Shown here piece by piece: positions 26,250 to 37,712 of a stretch of 64,000 nucleotides of DNA. The stretch's first letter is position 1. Each line of letters opens with the position of its first letter. The stretch is from Octopus sinensis (Eukaryota): the NCBI RefSeq assembly GCF_006345805.1, contig NC_043020.1, positions 1,240,001 to 1,304,000 of the forward strand, read 5' to 3'. A program made the translations under genes and the position numbers. The notes beneath the pieces are model-generated. The model saw nothing but the letters and a program-made list of their open reading frames with translations. It was not told the DNA's origin and did not search any database.

Positions 26250-26435
26250 TAGTTAATCCAAACAAGAAAGCACAAAAAAAGACAACAACGCGAGGACGTG
26301 GAACAAATATACTATTATTGGACGCTCAGGAAAGAAGGAGGGTTTAACGTTTCGAGCGGAGCTCTTCGTCGGAAACATAGGAGAAGGGAAGACAGAGGAA
26401 AAAAAATCGCCAACGGTACACACGAGGTCACATAT
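26250..26435 (-). mobile_element. Penelope-like pseudo-LTR fragment containing a minimal hammerhead variant (26342-26376, CCGACGA core)
   Basis: Homologous to 38420-38615 and 47780-47950; hammerhead core pattern. Confidence 0.6.
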
Positions 26436-26974
26436 ATATATACATATATATGACAATCTTTCAGTTTCCGTCTACCAAATCCACTCACAAGGCTTTGGTT
26501 GGCCCGAGGCTATAGTAGAAGACACTTGGCCAAGGTGCCATGCAGTGGGACTGAACCCGGAGCCATGTGGTTGGTAAGCAAGCTACTTACCACACAGCCA
26601 CTCCTACGCATATATGTCTATTTATATAGTATATGTGTGTATAAATGTGTACAAGTGCAGATATGTGTGTGTATTCAGCTATATCGTTACTGCCATTATT
26701 TAAGTACACCTCACATAAGCGACCATTTCCTTAGTAGACCGTTTACCATTTCTTGGTTACGCAGACAACTGTCTGCCTGACTTTTGTGTGTGTGTATGTG
26801 AGAGAAAAAGAGGAAATAATGTCATGATAACAGCTGTAATGTAATATTGTTGTCATGGTAACACTATGGATGGATAATTAATTGTTAACGATGACAGCCA
26901 TAAATTAATGAAGTCAGCTGTATAATTTACTGGGTGTTACTGTGTATGGTGATCATTTCCTCATTATAATTAAT

Positions 26975-27420
26975 AAGGCCATGAGCTGGCAGAATCATTA
27001 GCACGCTGACCGGAATCCTTAGCGGTATTTCGCCCGGCGCTACGTTTTGAGTTCAAATTCCACCAAGGTCGACTTTGCCTTTCATCCTTTTGGGATTGAT
27101 AAATTAAGTACCAGTTACGCACTGGGGTCGATGTAATCGACTTAATACCTATGTCTGTCCTTGTTTGTCCCTTCTATGTTTAGCCCCTTGTGGGTAATAA
27201 AGAAATAGGTATTTCACCCATCGCTACGTTTTGAGTTCAAATTCCACCAAGGTCGACTTTGCTGTTCATCCTTTTGGGATCGATAAATTAAGTACCAGTT
27301 TTGTGCTGGGATCAATCTAATTGAATGGCCCCCTTCCCCAAAAATTTCAGGCCTTGTGCCGATAGTAGAAAGGATTGTTATTATTAATAATGATAATGGT
27401 TTCAAATTTTGGCACAAGGC
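26975..27420 (+). mobile_element. SINE family A dimer; the second unit ends in the alternative 3' tail
   Basis: AAAGAAATAGGTATTTC junction at ~27200. Confidence 0.75.
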
Positions 27421-27556
27421 CAGCAATTTTGGGGGACAGGCTAATGTTGACATCTGTGTCCAACTAGTACTTATTTTATCAATCCCAAAAGGATGAAAGG
27501 CTAAGTCAACCTCGGCAGAACTTGAACTCAAAATTTAAAGACGGATGAAATGCCAC

Positions 27557-27599
<43 letters not shown>

Positions 27600-27684
27600 G
27601 TGTGCATTGCTTTCTCACTCAATAATAATAATAATGATTTCAAATTTTGGTATAAGGCCAGTAATTTCAGTGGAGTGGTCCTCA

Positions 27685-28190
27685 CAGGCAATGACAGGAG
27701 ACCGAGATCTTTGGAGATATGCTGTGATTGAGAAGACCCAGCAACTAAAGTGAGATCGCAGTCATGGCCGATGCCAGTGTTGCATGTCCAGCCCCTTTAA
27801 AAGTACCCTTGATGCATCAGGCGATATATGCTTGAGAAGACCTGTTGAGTCAAGTAATACCAAAATCCCAGCTGTGGACAGTGCCCCCTGACTGGCTCCT
27901 ATTCTGGTGGCACGTAAAAATGTGTCATCTGAACATGGTTGGTGCCGGTGCCATCTGACTGGCTCCTATGCTGGTGGCACGTAAAAGGCACCATCCAAAT
28001 GTGGTCGATGCCAGGTCTGCCTAATTGGTTCCCGTACTGGTGGCATGTAAAAGGCACCATCCCAACATTTCCGATACCAGTGCCATCTGACTGGCTCCCA
28101 TGCCTGTGGCATGTAAAAAGCACAATCCAAACATGGTCAATGCCAGGCCCTCCTTGACTAGCTCCTGTGCTAGTAGCATGTAAAATTTGA
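27685..28190 (+). mobile_element. RTE-type LINE ORF2 C-terminal remnant plus 3' UTR subrepeat array
   Basis: GACCGAGATCTTTGGAGATATGCTGTGATTGAGAAGACC reads DRDLWRYAVIEKT, like the D(R)..W(R)..V end of RTE ORF2, followed by family D subrepeats. Confidence 0.6.
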
Positions 28191-28519
28191 ATTCAGAGCC
28201 AAAGACAGACAAAGTGCCAGTTAGTATTTGCCCAGCATGCTAACTGTTCTGCCATTTTGCCACCTTAAAACAAAGTCGACCTTGGTGAAATTTGGACTCA
28301 GAATGTAAAGACTGATAAAATGCCACTATAATAATAATAATAATAATAATAACAATAATAATAATAATGGTATGTGCTGTTCTCTCACTCAATAATGATG
28401 ATGATGATGATAATCCTTTCTGCTATAGACACAAGGCCTGAATTTTGGGGTAGGGTGCAAATCGATTACATCAACCCTAGTTTTCAACTGGTACTTAATT
28501 TATTGACCCTTACTTGTGA

Positions 28520-28972
28520 AGACCTGTTGAGGCAAGTGAAAATCAAAATTGAAATCGATCAACATCAAAGGAATTTGTAGTTGTGATACCAGTGCTGGTG
28601 GCACGTAAGAGAACAATCCAAATGTGGCCGTAGCCAACGCCGCACCGACTGGCCTCCGTGCCGGTGGCACGTAATAAACACCATCCGATCATGGCCATTG
28701 CCAGCCTCACCTGGCCTCCGTGCCGGTGGCACGTAAAAAGCACCACCCGATCGTGGCCATTCGCCAGCCTCGTATGGCACCTATACTGGTGGCACGTAAA
28801 AAGCACCCACTACACTCACGGTGTGGTTGGCGTTAGGAAGGGCATCCAGCTGTAGAAACACTGCCAGATCTGACTGGGCTTGGTGCAGCCTTCTGGCTTC
28901 CCAGACCCCAGTTGAACTGTCCAACTCATGCTAGCATGGAAAGCGGACGCTAAACGATGATGATGACGATGA
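28520..28972 (+). mobile_element. Family D RTE-type 3' end with four subrepeats
   Basis: Direct inspection. Confidence 0.78.
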
Positions 28973-31900
28973 AAGGCAAAGTCAAGCACAACGGGATTTG
29001 AACTCAGAACGTAAGGACAGACGAAATGCTTCTAAGCATTTAGCCCAGTGTGCTAATGATTCTCTCAGCTCACCACCTTAATAATAATAATAATAATCTT
29101 TTCTACTATAGGCACAAGGTCTGGAATTTTGTAGGGAGGGAACTAGTCAATTACATCGACCCCCAGTGTTTCACTGGTACTTAATTTATCGACCCTGAAA
29201 GGATGAAAGGCAAAAAGACGATCTTGGCAGAATTTGAACTCAGAATGTAAAGACGAGCGAAATGCCACAAAACATTTTTGCCTGGCATGCTAACGATTCT
29301 CCCAACTCACCACCTCAATAATAATAACAATAATAAAGAAAACATAGCCAGCCCCCACCCGACTCTACTGCCAGTTAAATTACTTCACTTAAGAATGGTG
29401 TCACTCATTTACAAAGATAACGATCTCACTTGGGTTCACGCATTCTTCCCTTATTGAAACTTCCGAAAAATGTTTCTTCTGGAATGTTAATGCTTTCTAT
29501 TCATTCTAAACATTTGCATACACACGTGTCTGGGTGTGGCTGAGTATATCTGTGCTTGTTCATCTGTGCAGATGTATTTCCTAATCAGTGGTATTCAATG
29601 AACAGCAATTTCAATTTATCAGCATCTTTTTGGTGTTTTTTTTTGTAACATTTTGTCCCATGGCAATATAGAATTTCTTAAAGCTTAGTCCTTTAGCATT
29701 TAAACTGACCATATCAGGCCAAAATTATTCTACCTGTTCAAACCAGTGAGATCTGAGTGTGACCAAGGGCTTAGTGACAATTAAGTTTTTCCTTTATGGT
29801 ATTGCATCATGCCTAGTTGTTTATATTAAGTTTTAGTATATGCATTAGCATTTTGATAAATCAGCCCTTAGATTTTTATGGTAAGATTATACTGGCAGAC
29901 AGAATTAACCAAACCTATTTCTTTACTACCCACAAGGGGCTAAACACAGAGAGGACAGACAAACGGATTAAGTCGATTACATTGACCCCAGTGCATAACT
30001 GGTACTTATTTAATCGACCCCGAAAGGATGAAAAGCAAAGTCGACCTTGGCGGAATTTGTTTGTCCCCTCTGTGTTTAGCCCCTTGTGGGTAGTAAAGAC
30101 ATAGGTATTGAACATTACATGATGACAAGAGATGGCAACAAATGTTTAATGTTCCCTGCTGGAGGGGACCATAGCAAATATAGAAAAACAGATGTAAATT
30201 ATTGTGTGTAGGTGGGATTCTGTTGACACATTAGTCCTTGAACAAGATACTTTATTTTATGTTGATCCAGTCAGCTGGTGAAAATGAGAGGTACCTGTAA
30301 TTCAAAGGGCCAGCCTTGTCACATTATCTGTCACACTGAATCATTAAGGGTATGTGTGTCCGTGGGGTGCTTAGCCACTTGCATGTTGATTTCACGAGCA
30401 ATCTCTTCCATTGGTTGGATCAACTGGAACCCTCGTCTTCGTAATTGATGGAATGCCAGTTATGTGTGAATATATATTTGTGTGTATATGTTTATGTATG
30501 TGACCTTCGAAACGTAGAGTAGATGAAACCATGGCGACTGAAGAAGGGGTTTTTTCCTTGTGTTATTTGTCCTGTACTCTATTTTTTTGTTGTTTAAGAA
30601 AAATGTCCAGTTCCTTGGGTTTGTGTCTATGTTTTCGTTTCTCATTGTGTTCGACGTTCTTTTGGTGTTCTGTACTCATATATGCGTGTATATATACATG
30701 TAGAGGTAGGTACGTACATATATGTATATATATATGCATATGTTTTATTTATTAATATATATATATGTACCATGTAAAAAGCACCATCCGAATGTGGCCG
30801 ATGCCAGCGCCGCCTTGACAGGCTTCTGTGCGGGTGGCATGTAAAAAGCACCAACCGATCGTGGTGCTCTGCCAGCTTCCCCCGGCACGTAAAAAGCACC
30901 CACTACACTCACGGAGTGGTTGGCATTAGGAAGGGCATCCAGCCATAGAAACCATGCCAGAGCTGACAACAGAGCCTGGTGCAACCCCTGGCCTTCCCAG
31001 CTCTGATCCAACTGTCCAACCCATATCAGCAGGGGAAATGAACATTGATAATGATGATGATGATGATGTATGCAGTATAATTAATGTGTGTATGTATATA
31101 TATGTGTGTTTATGTGTGCATGTTTATATATGTGTATGTATGTAGATGTACGTGTATTTGTGCATTTTTATAGGTGTATATGTGTACATATGCGATGTGT
31201 GTATATGTATATGTGTGCATGATTATGTATGTGTATATACGTGATGTGTGCATGTTTATATAGGTGTATATGTATGTGTATATATGTGATGTGTGCATGT
31301 TTATATAGGTGTATATATATGTGTATATATGTGATGTGTGCATGTTTATATAGGTGTATATGTATGTGTATATATGTGGTGTGTGCATGTTTATATAGGT
31401 GTATATGTATGTGTACATATGTGGTGTGTGTATGTTTAGTAGATGAAACCTTAGCAACTGAAGAAGGGGATTTTTCGTTGTGCTTATTGTCCTGTATCTC
31501 TTTTTTTGCTTGTCTTGTTCCTTGGTTTGTGTCTATGTTTTTCGTCTCTCTATGTGTTCAACGTCTTTTTGGTGTCCTGTACACATATATGCGTGTATAT
31601 GTACATGTAGAGGTAGGTACGTACATATATGTTTATATATATGCATATGTTCTATTTTATTAACATATATATATATTTATGTATATATCTGTATGTGTGT
31701 GTATGCCTATATGTAAAGAGATAAGTCTAAATATTTATCACCTTCCACTTGTGATAGTCACTGTTTTTAAGCTTCTTGATCAAAGCTATCCACAAAACTT
31801 GGTGCCAGAATTTTCACCTGAACATTAATAGCAACAAACATCAATTTATTATCTCTGTCTCACAGTTAAGCTCTGCTTGAGCCAGGATTTGGCATAGATC

Positions 31901-32144
31901 TGACAAACAGTTGGCATTGATCCACACACACAACCCGCTCGCATGTACAAACACATCGGTCGTGTTAGCCAAGTCCCGAAACCAGAATTGTACCATCTTG
32001 ACTTCGATGCACCGTGTGTACGTATCAATATCTTTGTGCATCTTTGTGTGTATATGTTTGCTTGTGTGTATGCACATGTGTGTATATATATATGTGTGTG
32101 TGTGTGAGTGTGTGTGTGTGTATATATATATATGTGTATATATA

Positions 32145-32177
<33 letters not shown>

Positions 32178-32245
32178 GTATATATATATATGTATATATA
32201 TATGTATATATATATATGTGTATATGTATATATATAATGTGTATA

Positions 32246-32280
<35 letters not shown>

Positions 32281-32637
32281 GTGTATATAATATATATATG
32301 TGTGTATATATATATATATATATAGTGTGTATATATATATGTGTATATATATATATGTGTATAAAATATTATTAGAGACAAAACCACTATTTTGCAAAAC
32401 AAACAAGGAAAGACTTAATCATACAAAAATGTTAATAATAGTCAAAAACACCGCCACTACAATCGTTTCTTGTCTTGATCGACAATCTTCAGGTGGACTT
32501 CCAATAATTCAGTTACAAATTATGAGTATATATATATATGTGTATATAATATATATATTGTATATATATATATGTGTATATATATATATGTGTATAGTGT
32601 ATATAGATATATATATATATGTATATATATAAATGTG

Positions 32638-32675
<38 letters not shown>

Positions 32676-32759
32676 AGTGTGTCTGTGTTTGTCTCCCCAA
32701 CATCGCTTGACAACCAATGGTGGTGTATTTATTTCTCTGTAACTTCTCACTAAAATTCA

Positions 32760-33290
32760 ACCTTCCATCACTCCCACCCCCCTCATGCATCTTCCTCCCT
32801 CGACATCCCTTCCTTTAATAAACCTAAACACTCTATCTGGGTTCTCATCCAGCCTGCTCAACCTCTCCTCAGCCTCCTTCCTCATAGATCTTGCAACTAC
32901 CCTCTTTGCACGATTCTTCATTTGCTCTGTCCTATTACTACATAAAGCTTTGTCTGCCTCCGTCTTTCTCACTATCACATCCCTCACCTCTTCCTTCCAC
33001 CACCATCACCACCACCATATATTTCCTCGATTGCTCTTACCCTCCGTCCTTCCACACACTTCATCACATGCCTTTATTACCCCTTCTCTAAAAGACTTCC
33101 ACAAATCTGGTGCATCAATGCTCACCAACTCCCCAACTCTCTCCTCAAACCTTGCTCTTGTTTCTTCTTCCTTCAGTTTCCACACCTTTCTCCTCTCAAC
33201 TGTTCCCTTTCTCAAACACTTTTTTACTTTCCTCTTATCCAAGCCAGCAACCACCAACCTGTCGTGTGCTATGACAGAATTAGTCCAACC
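32760..33290 (-). mobile_element. RTE-clade LINE ORF2 fragment (end of AP endonuclease and linker before RT), decayed
   Basis: HDRLVVAGL..RRKVWKLKEEETRARF...WKSFREGVIKACDEVCG...WWW..VRDVI...AKRVVA...VFR matches the recalled RTE ORF2 linker pattern. Confidence 0.8.
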
Positions 33291-33475
33291 TAAAGAATTG
33301 GATTAGGACACCACCGAAGGGGTATAGCATATTCTAATAGGGCCATGGGAGATGAAAAATAGGGATTCAATGTTGATGGTGATGAACAGGTGTCTGTCTG
33401 CAGAAGAGATGTTTGGTTACCCCAGTTGAAGAAGAGAGGGAGAATGGTGAAAATGTGCCAGGCTATACCCTCAAG

Positions 33476-33708
33476 AAAGGTGGTGAGCTAGCAGAAACGT
33501 TAGCACGCTGGGCAAAATGCTCAGCGGTATTTCGTCTGCCGCTACGTTCCGAGTTCAAATTCCGCCGAGGTCGACTTTGCCTTTCATCCTTTCAGGGTCG
33601 ATAAATTAAGTACCAGTTACGCACTGGGGTCAATATCATCGACTTATTCTATGTGTCTGTCCTTGTTTGTCCTCTCTGTGTTTAGCCCCCTGTGGGTAGT
33701 AAAGAAAT
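33476..33708 (+). mobile_element. SINE family A monomer with a 16-bp TSD
   Basis: AGGCTATACCCTCAAG at 33460-33475 and 33709-33724. Confidence 0.9.
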
Positions 33709-33774
33709 AGGCTATACCCTCAAGTGTCAGGAAGGTAAATGTAAGAGAAGCAGTACAGAGTGCAGGTGGTGTGA

Positions 33775-34100
33775 GAAAGGCACCCAGTCCACGGGTGTTG
33801 GCTGTGTGTGCTGAGGCACTGTCATGTTGTAGGAGTGCACGCCTTTGACCAATGCTGGTTAGCAGGTTTTCAAAGCATCGTATACTCGCTGCAGTTGTTG
33901 AGCATAAAGGTTAGCGTTCACAGCATGACCATCTGGGATAAGCTCAAAGTGCAACACCCCACTCAAAATTCCATCAGACACATGACTTGACCTTCTGTTC
34001 AAACTACCCTTGTTTGACAACAGGTCTGGCTAGAATGAAGCTACTGATAAGATTACGGAACCTGATCCATTTTTCTATTCCCAGCTGCAATTTGGCACTG
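33775..34100 (-). mobile_element. mariner transposase relic
   Basis: Minus strand reads ..GVLHFELIPDGHAVNANLYAQQLQRVYDAL..ALLQHDSASAHTA, the second catalytic D region (HDNA..H). Confidence 0.75.
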
Positions 34101-34888
34101 AAAATGGGCATCTCAAGGATTTTTTTTAAGATACCTATTTTAAAGAAGAGCATCCAATTATGAAAACCATGCCAAAACAGAATTCTGGAACATGATGCAG
34201 TTCTTGGACATGTTGGATCCTGTCAAATTGTCTGATCAATACCAGCATAGAACATGGTATTAAATGATGGTGATTGGACAGGATGAGTGTCTGGGTAAGT
34301 TTGCAAGAGTTTGAAAGGAGAGTAACAGATGAATAGAGATGATGAAAGGCGTGAATGGTGGTGAACATAGGGGTAGAAATGGATGCTGTGTTTAGACTTG
34401 GATCTTATACCCAAGTTATCCCATTTTGCAAATATTGTGATTCCAAAATCTGAAATGCTTCCAGATTCAAGGAATTTTTTTGAGTAAAGATTTATCTGTC
34501 TTGTGTAGACTAAACAAATGTTTAATGGAAATCTTTCACCAAATATTCAAAATGTGCAATTTTTCTTTTTCTCCGCAGTTTTAATTTTGATTTTTCTTCC
34601 TAGATCCAGCATTCCATTCTATGATTACCACCAACTGCCTACAAAAGGTATCACTCAGTCTTGTGATTACATTAACTCTTGGAAATCAAATACAGGTAAA
34701 ATGGTAAGTCACACACACACTCACTCTCTCCATCTCTCCCCCCTCTCTCTCTCTCTCTCATTGCAAGCAAAACTGGGGAGTAATTTTCATTCTCTCTTTC
34801 CCCAGCCATTCAAACGTGGCCTTACAGGGTGCTGGGGTCTTCAAGAGTTAATAATATTCAATCATAGTTACCCATATTAACCCCATTA

Positions 34889-35296
34889 GGATCTTTTCGG
34901 TTTGAACGGCAGTTTTTTTTAGCGGTGTCATATGAAATTGTCACCCATAATTACGACCCTAGTACCGATCAATTGCATTTCAATCTGTTTTAGGGTTAGG
35001 GTTGGTTAGGGGTGGGGGGAAGGGTATCTTTTTTTCTTCAGAAATGTAAATAAACGAGGGACATATTCATACGGCACAGAATGTTTTTTACCACAATAGA
35101 CATCAGTGATTGGTTGAAATTGCAGAAATTGAAGAAAAAAAAAACCCAACAAATATCTTACAACCTATAGAATTTTCTCAATAAAGCCAAGAGAAAAAGA
35201 TGTTTTATAAACACATTCTACCAGTATACGAAGTTTAAAATTTTGATAGTTACCTAGAAATTATGTTAAAAATTGCCGTTCAAACCGAAAAGATCC
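34889..35296. mobile_element. MITE with 29-bp TIRs (GGATCTTTTCGGTTTGAACGGCA...), GG..CC ends and a 7(8)-bp TSD; Merlin-like
   Basis: TIRs 34889-34917 and 35268-35296 (one mismatch); CCCATTA at 34882-34888 and 35297-35303. Confidence 0.85.
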
Positions 35297-35489
35297 CCCA
35301 TTATATACTTCAGTCTGGTACTTCTCTTATCTCTCCCTGAATTAAGATGTGAGGTATAAAATGTATAGTATAAAAAACATTTGTTTTTAAGGTTGGTGCA
35401 TGCAAACATGAAACTACATTCATACCAGGGAGAGTCAAAAGTTTCTTGGGATTTTCACTGATATGTTTCGTCAACATGTATCTCTGTAC

Positions 35490-35520
<31 letters not shown>

Positions 35521-35525
35521 TATAT

Positions 35526-35832
35526 GTTGTTGTTTGTTCCTTCTCGAGCCATGCCAGGCTCATAAGGGCCGGTTTCCCGGTTTCTTGGCGTATAGGTTCC
35601 CCACCTGAACGGGAGGCTGGTCCGTCGCAGGTGAGCTGCAAGATGCAGGAGGAAAGAGTGAGAGAAAGTTGTGGCGAAAGAGTCAGCAGAAGTTCACCAT
35701 TACCTTCTGGCGGAGTCGTGTAGAGCTTAGGTGTTTCACTCATAAACACACACGTTGCCTGGTCTGAGATTCGAACTTGTGATCCCTCAACTGCAAGTCC
35801 ACTGCTCTAACCACTAGGCCATGTGCCTCCAC
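35526..35832 (-). mobile_element. tRNA-derived SINE family C (GTGGAGGCACATGGCCTAGTGG head, (AAC)n tail)
   Basis: A/B-box-like head; homologous to 37154-37450 and 49178-49480. Confidence 0.85.
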
Positions 35833-35939
35833 GTTGTGGAAAATGAGGTGGCCTTATTAGAAATGGTTAAACATCCAAGCACTTGTACATTATCGGCAGA
35901 GCTTGTTCTTTACACTTGATATCTCCATAAGCTCAGATT

Positions 35940-36222
35940 TCTCAACAGACACTTGAGAAATTCTCATGACCCGACCAGTGACTGAGCTTAACAATGTGTG
36001 GACCATTTGCAAAGAACTGCTAACAAATCCTCAAGATGCCCTTTTTTGACGTTGACTTGTAACTGGGGACGAATAATGGATCTATTCTCATAATCCTAAT
36101 GAGAGAAAGCAGTGGCTTCGTTAGAGCCCCCGGCTTCAAAATCTGTCAAACAAAGGCAGTTTGAACAGAAGATCAGGTTCTGTTTCTAGTGAAATTTCAA
36201 GAAGCGTTACACTTTGATCAAC
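35940..36222 (+). mobile_element. mariner transposase relic
   Basis: Reads LVTGDE*WIYSHNPNERKQW..., the first catalytic D motif (TGDEKW); overlaps the same family segment as 33775-34100. Confidence 0.72.
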
Positions 36223-36225
36223 GAT

Positions 36226-36884
36226 GCTCTCCCTCTCTCTCTCTCTCTCTCTCTCTTTGTCTCTGTCTGTCTCTCTCTTCCTTCCTTCCACTTTCTATCT
36301 TTCACTGACTCTTTCACTCCCACTGACTCATTGACTCTTTCTCTCTCTAACTGATTCTCTCACTCATTGACTCCTTCACTCTCAACTCTCTCTCAGTCAT
36401 GCTGACTTTCTCTCTCTCTCTCTCTCTCTCTCACTCTATCACTCACTGGCTCTCTCTCTTTAATTGAATCTCTTATTCACTTTTTCTCTCACTCTCACTC
36501 ACTCTTTCTCTCACTCCCATCGACTCTCTGTCTCTCCCACTGACTCTTCCTCTTACTCCCATTGACTCCTCTCTCTCTCACTCTATCACTCACTGGCTCT
36601 CTCTCTCTCTAACTGAATCTCTTATTCACTTTTTCTTTCACTCACTACTTCTCGCTCTCACTCCCATTGACTCCTCTGTCTCTCTCACTGACTCTTCCTC
36701 TCTTGCCATCTCTCACTGACTCTCTCTCTCTCTCTTTCTCTAACTGAACCTCTTATTCACTTTTTCTCTCACTCATTGACTCTTTCTCTTACTCTCACTC
36801 CCATTGATTCTCTGTCTCTCTAACTGACTCTTCCTCTCTTGCCATCTCTCACTGACTCTCCATCCCTCTCTCTCTTTCCACCAG
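36226..36884 (+). repeat. CT-rich compound repeat forming the pyrimidine tract of the exon-2 acceptor
   Basis: Only one AG between 36205 and 36882; recurring CTAACTGAA.CTCTTATTCACTTTTT units. Confidence 0.9.
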
Positions 36885-36895
36885 CCTACGTCCAG

Positions 36896-37143
36896 TGAAA
36901 CAGCAGTGTCCTCCAGCCGACCTAAGACTGACCAGTTCCTCTGCCAGGACCATTATGATTTACATGCAGCTGCAGAACTTGCAGGCTGCAGGTATAACAG
37001 CTGCAGCAGCAACGAATCCTTTGAAAACAACCAATCTTTTCCAAAGATCAGCTTTCCCAAGAATCGTGGGTGCCAAAAGACGGCCGGACAGAACCATACT
37101 GCGTCTGCTAATGAACTTGGTGCACCTTTATTCACTGACACAG
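36896..37143 (+). CDS. PASK: Probable PASK exon 2, low-complexity N-terminal region (ETAVSSSRPKTDQFLCQDHY...NQSFPKISFPK...PLFTDT); alternative acceptor would start it at 36885
   Basis: Very long pyrimidine tract then CAG acceptors at 36884 and 36895; open frame; AG|GTAAGG donor at 37144; phase-1 end matches the phase-1 start of the 50548 exon (G+AT=Asp). Confidence 0.65.
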
Positions 37144-37153
37144 GTAAGGTTTG

Positions 37154-37450
37154 TTGTTGTTGTTTGTTCCTTCTCGAGCCATGCCTGGCTGATAAGGGCC
37201 GGTTTCCCGGTTTCCTTGGCGTATAGGTTCCCCACCTGGACAGGACGCCGGTCCGTCGCAGGTGAGCTGCAAGATGCAGGAGGAAAGAGTGAGAGAAAGA
37301 TGTGGCGAAAGAGTCAGCAGAAGTTTCGCCATTACCTTCTGCGTGAGTTGCGTGGAGCTTAGGTGTTTCGCTCATAAACACACACATCGTCCGGTCTGAG
37401 ATTTGAACCCGCGATCCCTCTGCTCTAACCACTAGGCCATGTGCCTCCAC
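37154..37450 (-). mobile_element. SINE family C inserted 10 nt into the intron, TSD spanning the exon-2 donor
   Basis: ACAGGTAAGGTTTG at 37140-37153 and 37451-37464. Confidence 0.92.
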
Positions 37451-37526
37451 ACAGGTAAGGTTTGCATTGTGTGTGTGTGTGCGTGCGCACATGCATATAT
37501 GTATGTGTGTGGATGTTTAAGTGTGT

Positions 37527-37712
37527 GTATCATCATCATCGTTTAACGTCCGCTTTCCATGCTAGCATGGGTTGGACGATTTTGACTGAGGGCTGGCGAA
37601 CCAGATGGCTGCACCAGGCTCCAATCTGATCTGCCAGAGTTTCTACAGCTGGATGCCCTTCTTAATGCCAACCACTCCGAGAGTGTAGTGGGTGCTTTTT
37701 ACGTGCCACCGG
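37527..37712 (-). mobile_element. Family D 3' end
   Basis: Homology to family D. Confidence 0.75.

Noticed and set aside
28590-28810. CRISPR-like repeat-spacer appearance of the GGTGGCACGTAAAAAGCACC arrays
   Set aside because: The spacers are homologous to one another, the arrays are part of an RTE-like 3' UTR, the context is eukaryotic, and there are no cas genes
30505-30550. Hammerhead from CGAAACGT plus CTGAAGA
   Set aside because: The halves are in an order and spacing that gives no stem I or stem II pairing
34990-35011. Interstitial telomere
   Set aside because: Only three TTAGGG words, and they lie inside a MITE
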